A stretch of 64,000 nucleotides of DNA from Lingula anatina. Lineage: Eukaryota; Animalia; Brachiopoda. Shown here in pieces: positions 1-25,600 of the stretch (position 1 is the first letter of the stretch; every line of letters begins with the position of its first letter). A program made the position numbers and the translations under genes. The DNA lies in assembly GCA_051362555.1 (NCBI GenBank), contig CM120641.1, positions 9,610,001 through 9,674,000 on the forward strand. Direction: 5' to 3'. Below the pieces are notes generated by a model. That model worked only from the letters and a program-made list of their open reading frames with translations. It did not search any database and was not told the origin of the DNA.

Positions 1-8
1 AGTCTTAC

Positions 9-223
9 CTTTCAGCCAACCGAACGTTTCTAGGCAGAGCGCTTGCTTTTGAAATGCAAAGAGGGCGGCCAGGAATATTGTATATAGGTTTTAGTGTACT
101 AATGTTTGGCATAGACACACTTTCCTGATGACTAAATTCCACTGAGTCTTTAACGTTGCTACATAAGTGGAGTGGACAGTCCAGTATCCTCCACCACCCG
201 CACTGGTCATAAGGAATATCCAT
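9..223 (-). CDS. Probable first coding exon of an unidentified gene continuing past the left edge
   Basis: The only open frame (MDIPYDQCGWW...NVRLAE) lies between a minus-strand acceptor (aaagatttcag| at 230) and a consensus donor (AAG|GTAAGA at 9/8). In-frame stops directly precede the ATG. Product not recognised. Confidence 0.5.
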
Positions 224-896
224 TCATTACTGAAATCTTTTGTGTTTTTCCTGTCTTTTTCTAGAGTTTCGGATGCAATATTCTGTATGCAGTGGTGACT
301 GCATTATTCTAAAAATTGACAAATCAGATTGTCACATTGCAGATTCTACTCGTAGTGTACAAGGAAAGCGCACCTCTTTGAAATCTTAACGTTGTGTTTA
401 GTGGCTCAAATTAACTGTAAACGCAAATATTATCCCTAGTAAATAAGCAACCACGACACTATTGAGGTAGAATTGCCACAGTATACGTTCTTTGTCTTCG
501 TTGTTTTTCAAAGCTAAATATGGTGACAGGAAAACAAACTTAAAATATATCCCAATGAAAATAGACATGGTTAAAAGTGCATATTGCTTTTATGGAATTT
601 AATTATCCCAAAAAATGAAATCCAAGGACTATTTCCTGTGCAGTTATTAATCAATCGCAAACTATTCTCAGTGCAAACATTTTTCAAGTTTGGAATGTTT
701 TGAAATGGCGGCTCTGGAAACCCCATTAACACCTTTAGATATATTGCCTTCAGTGATTAGGGATTCCGTTTTATGTGATCCCTTTTTTCTTGACAAAAGC
801 TCCATTTACCATGTAGCAGATTGAAACTCATTAATCAGAATAATGGCTTAAATGTTTTTCTTGTGACTCGATGACTTTGAATGATTCGTATGCTCT

Positions 897-910
897 GTTA
901 CCTTGGTAAC
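897..910. promoter_or_regulatory. RFX X-box GTTACCTTGGTAAC
   Basis: Near-perfect palindromic match to the RFX consensus GTTRCCATGGYAAC. Confidence 0.6.
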
Positions 911-1041
911 TAGCAATAACAGTATATCAATGAACCCAGGTTTGACAGAAGCATAATTTTAAAACATGATCGATGTGCACATCCAATGACACGAATGATG
1001 TGCAAGTATCATGTTAAATCGCGGAGTTTTCAAACAAATCC

Positions 1042-1055
1042 GTTGTTATGGCAAC
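1042..1055. promoter_or_regulatory. RFX X-box GTTGTTATGGCAAC
   Basis: 12/14 match to GTTGCCATGGCAAC, 130 bp from another X-box. Confidence 0.55.
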
Positions 1056-3404
1056 GCTCGTTAATGTTATAAAAACAAGTATGCTACATTGCCTCTGATA
1101 ACAATAAGTCGATCACGGTGCGTGACTGTCAAATTTCGTAAATGACTTACAGGCTGCGGAAATACTAATATTTTCATCAAACATTTTACACGTAATACCA
1201 TGCATTTCAAAGACTCATTCCTACCTTCGTGGCGGCCATTACGATTATATGTTTACCTTGGAATCAATAAACGTTACTTGTACGATACTTACAGGAAACA
1301 GTGATGTAAGATACAAAGAAAACGTTGCTGCTATCATTGCAATGTTTTGTTTGCTCAGTACATTGCAAGCGCAAGTACATTAATACGATTTTACTTGACG
1401 CGTCGAACTTATCGCACTATCTTTTATAGGTATAATCTTATCGAAGATGTGTTTGGTTTGTTGTAAAGGTGAAACTTTTCCCACGTTCGGTATCTGATCA
1501 TGTGCCCATGTGATTGGAACAATGCATTCGTACTTTACGTGTAAGTAATAGAAGTTACATGTAAAATCATACATTATTATTATTATTATTACAAAATTCC
1601 GTTAAGGATGTGTTAACAAAAGTGAAACCGACAAAACCTTACAGAAGCCATTTGAATTGTAAAAAATTCGGCTTGAGATACGTTACATATCTGGTATCCT
1701 ATACCCATGAGACCCATTTATCTCTTCACATTTTTTCTCCTTTCGGTATGAGACGACGAAAAGTAATTAAAACATATGGTCATAACTAAGTAGCCATGAT
1801 CTTGGAAAATTCTATCGATCCTAGTGCATAAAAGAGACAACGGGCCTTTCTGGCAGGAATTTTAGGTGTTAAAAAAAGCAACAGTAGGCTTACTGTCGAT
1901 AACAGTGAAAAACATACCAAAAACATACCAAAAACATGTTATATTTTTCCTTTAAGGCAAAAGGTTACCTTTTAAGGAAGAAAGTGATGCATATTCGTTA
2001 ATGTTTAACACTGACAAACGCTTCTTTCCTGTTAAGGAGCAGTTCCAAATCCCTTCCCTCAATAACTCATCGTGCAAATGCCATATGATGATAGAGATTC
2101 AATTAACGTGACATTTATGAAAAAATTCACTTACCTAATTAGTGCTGGGACGTAGTGGCATTAACTTCTTGGCCAGGAAAGATATATTAACATACATACA
2201 CGCACACAATACAGGGCCAATGATTAGCGTTGTACAGCAATACGCAACGAGCAAGACGTGAGCGATTGTTGCCGGGTAGCGTGTGGCCGTGCTTATAGCA
2301 CAAGGTCAACTGGGTTGTGGATTCAGCTTTGTAGCGCAGATTTCCCAATGATAACGCTTAACAAATGGAAATTCAATGTCGCCTTCAAATAAAATAGTTG
2401 GATAAAGAAAACAATTCGATATCCCTCTCTCAAGCTAATAGCCTAACAAAGGTACTATTTGGACAAAATAAGGTGACACTCTTTAAACCCTCTACAGGTG
2501 CAGCTTGCATAAATAAATAACGGTAAATTTGTTTCAAGTATGCAGTTTCTCGTGTTGACGCAAGTTTTATTTAACCACCCATTAACATTTTCTCTTTGTA
2601 ATTAAAGCAACATTTATGTAACCATTGACTCAGAATGAAATTACGCATTCCTACGAAAGCCTAAAGGTTTTATAGCGTGCATCATATGTACTTCATCAAC
2701 ACGTGTAGGCCTACCTTCCTGGGGATGCTGACATCTACAACCTCGATACCCCCATGTGTTAGTACAAAGCTTTTATATTCACAAATATGCATTTGACGTA
2801 AATACTTTTAAAAATGACTGGTAAAGTTAGGCCCACGTCAATTTGTAGACCTGTTGTCATTAGACAAAGTTTGGTTGCAATAAGAATTTATTTTGATATA
2901 TGAAGCCCTTTTATTCTGAAATAAAAAGGTAATATTGATATTATCATTTAAGGATTTAAACAGTCCAAATATTGTAATATAAGTCGTTCTTTTTCTTAAT
3001 GTCTGTAGAAATATCATAAATTTACTTTGAAAGTCGATGAACTGACAGAGCGCATGGCAGGTGTAGAAATGAAGCACAAAAATACAGTTCAAACGCATTA
3101 GTATTAATTTTCATGAGTCTCGTGATCATGCTTCGCCACAATGTTAAAAATAACTAAAAAAAACTGTGCTGTAAATCCTTCTTCCTTTAGGTTAATATAC
3201 ATTCGTCCAATTCACAACAATTAACCTCAAACAGATGCTCGATGCTCTTATGATGACGTTTGTAAAACAACTAGCAATCAGTAAAATGCGTTAGGTGTGC
3301 CGTGCCATCCACTTAAAGTTGCTCTAGCACAGTTGACTGTACCACAATTTCTGTTGCGAAATTTTTATATCATTTATTATGGCTAACGACTTTTTAGGAA
3401 AGAA

Positions 3405-3470
3405 AGAAAAAAAAAAATAAATAAATAAATAAAATAAAATAAAATAAAATAAAATAAAATAAAATAAAGA
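3405..3470. repeat. (AAAAT)n / poly-A simple repeat
   Basis: Directly visible tandem aaaat units. Confidence 0.9.
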
Positions 3471-4524
3471 AAAAATATAGAGAAAAAGAAAAAAAAAAAG
3501 CAGCTACCAATCCACAAGGAAAATGATTGAATGTGAAATATAAAAGATCTTAATAAAAGCATAAATTTCAATATTAAATTATGTCAGTGGTATGGTGAGC
3601 ATTAGTAATCTATAAAAAAAAAGTAACATAATAATGGTCGAACACGCCGTCAGATGGCGCATACACAGGTGTTTACTAATCTTCACAGCAGTAGCAATAT
3701 GCTCATATCATAGCAGCTCAAATTAAGGATGAATCATATTTAGATAAAGATATAAATAAGGTAAATCGTTTCTGCTGCAACTTGGAAATAAAATATGAAT
3801 AATCGAAACGGTATTAGCCTTTCATGCTTAGAAACGGTCATGTGCTCTGATTCGGCCAATCACATACCCAGCATTAGCTTCAATATGGCGGATTCTATCT
3901 GAGGGAATTTCAAGGTAGTAACACTGTGATTTTAATAGCTTAGCAAGCGTTTGAGTGAGGCGTTCGACATGAAAATGGGTGGTAGGAGCCAAGTGAATAA
4001 GTGGAAACATATTTGTGAGTATCATTTTATCCTGACACGTTTAGTGCAGACATGGTCTTATATCGTATTAATGTTTTGGGTTTTGCTGCAACTTTTTAGT
4101 ATGTCACTGTCAGTGCTACCAGTGTTATATTTACACTGCATTAAAAGTTGTACTCTACAAAAATTAAACTCAGACTCTAACACACAGGACTTACTTGGAA
4201 TGTAATGTTTGCTGCTGTATAATTTTGGTGTGTATGGATTTCCACTTTTACGGTATTTCCCATCCAAATGTAAACAAAATCACTCAACAGCTTCAGCATC
4301 TTTCAGCATATGCTGTAGTGTGAAGCTTTCATATGTAGGCAAGAAATTTTACACTCTCTGCCTCTTTAAGTCTGTGAACAAGCCATGATATTGGTAAGGA
4401 ATATACTGTTGGCAAATTTTACAAGTCAATGTTAACTGTATGGCTTGATTGAAAGTTAAGAATATATATTTCATACTATAACATATTAATTTATTTTAAA
4501 TTTTTCAAGAGAGAAGACTGAAAT

Positions 4525-18961
<14,437 letters not shown>

Positions 18962-20141
18962 CATAATGAAAGTTCCTTTGATAGGTGACAGAGTGTGGCA
19001 AATGGCATGATAAAGCAATATTAGTTGAACCAATTTAAAAGTCAAAGCAAAATTGCTTTATTGGTGATTTCTTATCTCCAGATCTGATCTTTTTAAGGTC
19101 AACCAAAAAAAGGTCCTTGGGTTGTTGTAGTTTAACTACCAATCAAATATATCAATTTGAGGATGTGGTATTAAACCGAATCTTTTTTTCATGATGATTG
19201 AATATTATGTAAAATGTATGTTAATTAGTGACTGTTATGTAAGAGTTTCTAAAATTGTGAAATAAATGATGATGTTAGTAATTCTGAATCAGGCAGAAAT
19301 GTATATATAACTTTTACTGTAATACAGTAGTTGAGGCAGGGTATGCCCGTTATATTTTTGTCCATGATGACATTTTTTGTGTTATGTAACTATTGTAAAG
19401 CACCATTTTTAGTGAAAATCTTATATTTGTACTATTTTTACACAAGTACTTCCGTCCAGTCTTCAGACAGCCAGCCTGTCATTCAAGAATTTGTATATAA
19501 TTTGCATAATGAACATTCTTTTATGTACGTGTAACATAAGTACACACCTTTGTATGGTTGCTCAATGAAAATCATCGTAACAGATGCCATTTATGTAAAA
19601 AATAAACATTGTACTGTACTATTCAGTATTTTACATTTTCCAGTTGAGAAAAAAAAAAAAAGAGTAAAAATAGTTATCCAGTATTGCTGTAAATTTATAA
19701 CATAATTTTCAAATATGTTATTTTTACATTATTTTCATTTGATTTTAAATAGTATTTGCAGGTTAAGAAAATGAAATATTTTAATATTTTAAAATGCATA
19801 AGCTAAAAAGGGAAAGAATGCTATGTTGTTTTTTGATTTTATTTATTCACTAGATTCTAACTTCTAACATTCATGAATAAAAGATACTGTTCCAATGTTC
19901 GATTGTTTACAACTTTCCTTAAAATGCTACAAACAGCAACATCTTCTGAAAATAGGACAAATGGAAACGATGTATAACAGAAACACAATTATGACAATCT
20001 CCTCAACATGTAGTTTTTCAGTCTTCAGGCTGTTACATTACTGACAGGATGCCAACATCACATAGCATGCATTGGTCACAACAAAGAAATATATACATTC
20101 CAGTGCAAATCTATTTGGCAAAGTATATTGATATACAAGGT

Positions 20142-22309
20142 TTATAGTTCTGCAGTGGATTCCCTTAAGCGTTCCATCTTTGCAGGCAGTAATGTTGCCA
20201 TTTCAACACAGAGACCATGCTCACTTTTCACCTTCTCTACTGCTTCAGGATTCCTTTTACAGTAATCAACTATAAACTTGTAACATTCCAAACTCGAACT
20301 CATATTTCTTAGCCTTTCAACAGGGTCTGGATCAATCAATTTAGAATACAGCCTTCCAGTACAAAACTTGGCAATCAAGGCTGGGCGCACATCATCTTCA
20401 GCAAATTTATCTGGCAACTGTTTCTTGGGGTCCCTGAGGGAATCGATGTAAGCATTGTATTTCTCCAAACTCTGTCTGATCAACTGGTTCACTTTTTTGA
20501 CAGCATGCTGGGTTGGTGGATCTCCACTGGCCTCTATGATGGCTAGCTTTAGGTCCAGCATTGTGCTGTAGGTTTCTGCGAGCTCATACATTAGCTGGCG
20601 ACAGACAAGCAGGTAAAACTGCGGGTTAAGTTCTTTAAGTACGTCTGACAGCATATCTATGCGCCGTTTATGCATTTTGCACTGCCTTTCAAAATCTGGT
20701 TCAAAGAAAGCCAGCACCTTGAACAACTTACTCTGATCCTGGATGATCTCCACATAATCAGAACACCAATCATCTAGAGAATAGAGTTCTTTAGCAGAAT
20801 TCAACCAGCTTTGAGCTTTAAGGAAAACTTCTCTGACATCACTGAATGTCAACAAGTACTGGTCTGTTACTAGTTCCTCATATTTTGTTACTTCTAAGTT
20901 AAATTTCAAATCTATTTTAGTCTTGTCCTTATTTCCAATATCGTTTCCAATAAGATTTGTGGCACCATCTGCCTGATCTTGATTATGATCCCCGGTCCCT
21001 ACATTGTTACCTTCTTTTTTACCCCTCATATCCTCCCCTTCATCCTTGCCAACTGTCTCCTCTTTTGTCTCCTCTTCTACTCGTGTCCTGCGAAGCTCTT
21101 CATCCATGTCTCCGACCTCATCCATCAGTCTCTCTCTTGAAAGCTCCATGAGGGCAAGGCAGTACTTAGACCAGCATCTTTCCAGGTCTGCCTTTGCCTT
21201 GTCCATCTTCTCTCTCTCTGCTTCATCTTCAGGAGGAGTTGACATCACTTCATTTAACATAAAGTTTGCACTGGCTAGACAGTGTCGAGCATAGCAGAAT
21301 TCCCCTTGTGTGATGTAGTATTGGGACAAAGTTGCAGCATTCAGCATCCAATCTAAGGGGTCAAACTGGTCAGTGTCCAGTTGGCGACGCAGTGTGTCAT
21401 GACAATATACAGCAGCCTTCTCTGTCTGGTCGACCTTGGCATATACTTGAGCCAAATAGTACAAGGTGTGAGTGTAAGTACTTTCAAAGTTTGCCTCTCT
21501 CTCCTTGTCAAGCTTTTCAACATCCTTGGTTCTCTCAGGCTGAAACAATTCACTTAGTTTCCATGGGGCATTTCCAACCTCTTGCTTAAACTGTTTGTAT
21601 AAATCCTCTGATCTCTGGAGGTATGACAGTGCTGTGTCTGGTTGCCGGCGAGTTGTCCATAAGATACCCAACTGGTTGTAGGCATTCTGTACTAGGTTAC
21701 ATGCTTTAATGTCCAGTTTGTGGCTCTCTAGGAGATCCATGCATTTCTTAATGTGCTCTTCTCCAGATGCCATTTCTTCAGTATCCAGGTAATTGACACC
21801 AATCAGATACTCAAGAAGACCAAGTCGGATTTTGTTTTTCTCTTCGTCTTCCTTAGAGTCATTTTCATCTGCAAAACGATGGCACAATATGATAAAATGT
21901 GAACACTTATAATTTAAAATCTTTAACACTTTATAATAAGATTTTGTTTGGTTATTTTCGAATTTTAACAAAATAATATTTTAAAAAAACGTTGATACTA
22001 GGATTTCTCTTTTTCACCTATCCAAAAATGCTGTGATTTCAATTTTTGCTTGTGGCTACACATGCATGTACTGGTACAGTTGCATTAATTATTCTCTTTT
22101 CTCAGTCTCCTCATTGTTACCGGCAAAATCAACCTACCACTTAAATCGGATATCTTTTCATGCAGTTGCTTCAATATTTCTCTGGACTTATACTTTGATC
22201 TGTAAGGCTCTTCTTCAGGGTCATTCTTAGACTCAATATCACTAAGCCTGTACGCTTCTTTAAATTTCTCATAACCCTCATCCAGCAAGTACTGTTCAAC
22301 GTTCGCCAT
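20142..22309 (-). CDS. KIFBP: KIF-binding protein (KIF1BP/KBP), ~632 aa, 2 coding exons (22309-22138, 21868-20142)
   Basis: Motifs DPEEEPYRSKY, LGxNYLDTEExxSGEEH, YTHTLYYLAQVY, WxLNAATLSQYY, RQCKMHKRRIDML and LNPQFYLLVCRQL. A phase-1 GT-AG intron joins the two ORFs into 1899 nt. Confidence 0.93.
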
Positions 22310-22693
22310 GATGATACTGGGAATGTTAACATGACGTACCAATATGTGATATTTGATACAGGATTATCCAGTGATCAGATCAGTGAATTTTAACTTGAAA
22401 ATAATAAAATACATCCAATAACCAAAGGCATCTTATGTTGCAATAAGCTGTGTCATTTTGTACAAAGCGTTATATTAATTTCGGAATATCCCCATTTTTT
22501 CCTTTGCATTGGGATATCAGATGTTTAAACCAAAGATTGAGATGTAAATTTTCAGTGCGGAGCTGTGAATACCGCAGGTGCTTGCTTCGTTGACAACGTA
22601 CAAGGTGAAGCAGACGGCATTTGAATCAAGTCGACTAACTGGCGAGTTATGAGTGCCTGAGCTTACAAGACGTACTGCATACAGTACACGAAA
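22310..22693. promoter_or_regulatory. Probable bidirectional promoter shared by KIFBP and DYNC2LI1
   Basis: Divergent start codons only ~385 bp apart, with a locally raised CpG content. Confidence 0.65.
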
Positions 22694-25600
22694 ATGTCAA
22701 AAGGGTAATTATTATTTATTTTACTAATTTACATTATCTCACTGCATGTTTTTGGCAGCTTTTTTTTCTACCCCCCCAGAATGTTGACATTTAAGTTCTT
22801 GGACCTCGCTCAACTTAGACGTACAGTACCGGTACTTAAAATGTCTAAAATTGATGATGTTGGAAATCTTGAGATAGAGTACAAAATATCTCTAATCATG
22901 TGCAGTGGGACTTCATTCGTGCATCTGAGCCTAAGGCATCTTCTCTTCCTTTAGCATTTGAAATTAAGTGTTTTTTAAAGAAACTTTTGACAAGAAAGTT
23001 TGACTGCATGGAACAGAAAGTTTGTTCACTGTTGTAAAACATTGCATGTGATTAAAGGTGGCTTTTACAACCAGTTGGTTCATGGACTAACAGATCTGTG
23101 GATCAAATATGACCGTCCTACTTGAAAGCTTGCGGCTTGATCCCCTAAATAATATAAATAGATTCCCTGAGGAGATTACGCCGCAAGCTTTCAAGTGGGT
23201 CAGCCATTTTTGATCTGCAGTTCTCTTTGGTTGTGAACAGGGCCAAAGAAGAACATACTTTGTTGTTTCAGAGAGAAGAGTATATGGGACCTGGTAGTAG
23301 ATCAGGCAAATGGCATCGAAAGTAATTATGAGAAATTTTATACTTTTTCCTTTTAGATTTATCCTAAGACTTTCATTGATAACCTATCCTTTGCTTTTAA
23401 AATTTGTTATTTACTCATAATGTGCTATTAACTGATTAAGACCTTGTTACCTGTAGAATTATAAATTGCATTTTAATTCACATATTTGAGGTTGTGATTA
23501 ATGACTTTTTTATCATTGCATCCTATAGATATGTGATGCTTTATTTTGGCTTAGGATCAATTATTTAATTATTTCAATTATTGGCTGATAGCCTCTTATT
23601 GATACAGACAGGACTTTTAAAAGTTATGTATAAAAGTGAATTTAACTAACAGAGGGAAATTCCTTTTGCAGAAGATGAAAGGCAACCAAAAGATGAGGCT
23701 GCAGTTTTTGTCATTGGGAGCAAGAACTCTGTAAGTTTGATATATTTGACAACAGAAGTATTTAAAAAATTGAAAAAAAAAAATCCTATTTTATCCAGAA
23801 AAATTAAGCTTATCTATAAAACCTAATTCAGTATGATGTTTTTGTTGTCACAGTTACCCTTAAATGATAATGTTTGATTAATCCATATATTTCATAACAG
23901 TTTGGATTAATTTCTCATGCTGCAATAAATGTACAATATATAACATTTGCAAGTTCACCATCTATTTTTTTTATTGCCAGTTTAGATATAGATGTATTTT
24001 TTTCTTTGAAGGGCAAGACCTCTATCATTCTTCGATTTTTAGACAGGTAATATAATAATAATTAATTTTTTCTTTGTTTTATTTTCTGAAAGTTGAATAA
24101 TTTTGAAAGGTGTAGAGGACACCTTTTAATAAAGAATAATTTCGCAATTGAATGGTTTCATTTAAAGGCATGCCATTTTAAAATTTTGATTAGACCTTGT
24201 TTAAAACACAAAACTTAATTATCCATGAAAAGATGCTATAATTCAAGATCGTTTCTGGATATAATAAGGATTTTGATTTCTTCTAAAGGATTTTTAAAAT
24301 ATTCTGTTGAAGTACCGATATATTGAAAATGGGAGTATTTGGCTTCAAAGATTTAAATACTTCCCAACTTAAACTAAAGCTATGTAATTATATTTTTGTA
24401 CTGTGTAATCTCAAAATAATGGTATAAACATGACTGTTGAGATTGAAGCTCACATGAATGTAACCATACCCATTATTTTCATAGGGATGAGACACCTAAA
24501 CCCACAACTGCATTGGAGTATACATATGGAAGACGTGCAAGAGCATCTAATCTGGTAGGTAATTAGTCATTAGCACTTTTACGATGTATGCACCAACACA
24601 CATTTTGATACTGTGCATTTATGTTATTCTATGCATGAATTATGTTATTTTTAAGATTGTGATATGATTAACATTTTGATATTCTCAGTTGTTTTCCTAA
24701 AAAGTCACAAGTACTTGTGATTAAATGCTTACGTATTCTTTTTTGAAAGGCCAAGGATGTGGCCCACATATATGAACTAGGGGGAGGAACCTGGCTCTCT
24801 AAGTTGATGGCTATTCCACTCAGTGCTGATACCCTTAAGTAAGTTGTGCGAATTAGAATCTTTATTAAGGAAGTGATATAGTTTTTTTAAATTTCATCTA
24901 AGCAAGTTTGCTTGAATCATGATACTAATTGCTCAACATTACATATCTGTTTGAATTACATTTATTTCATTTTATAAAAAAATTGAAAATTCCATCAATT
25001 AAAGGGATAATAACTATTCGTTTTGGCCAAAAAATGAATTTTCCTGGAGTGAACAACAATTTTCCCATACTTACCAATGGTTAATGAATCCATTTTTACA
25101 TTCAAAGTTAGCCCTGGTTTTTTTTCTAAAAAGTTTGGTTTTTTGTTAAAATCTCTTAAGAGATTATAACAGAGTATAGCCATCAATGGAGGTCACGTGG
25201 TCTGAAGACAAGCTTAGATATAAGAATAATAGTTATAACTGCTGTTTTTGTCGTAAAACAGAATACATAATATTTCTATGAGTTATTCACAATGTTTTTA
25301 TTGTGAAATATAGACCTCATACGAAGAGTTATTATCCCTTTAAACAATTGGTTTTAAAGTCTTGGATCTTTTCATTCATGATTTATGCTGTTTGTTCTAA
25401 CAGAATTTCACAGGGAATATTAGCTGATCAGCTTATCGATGGGATTAAAAAAAAACTTGTTTTTACTTAGGAACACAGCATTGGTTATGGTCCTAGATTT
25501 GTCTCAACCTAATGAGCTATGGGCAACCTTAGAATGTCTCTTAAATGAAGCTCAGAGTAAAGTGAAGGTTGCAATGAATGAACTAAAAAACAAAAACCCA

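Noticed and set aside
20957-21589. Plus-strand ORFs inside KIFBP, and similar antisense ORFs over neurexin exons (36944-37378, 51790-52116, 53736-53994)
   Set aside because: Antisense shadows of real coding exons.
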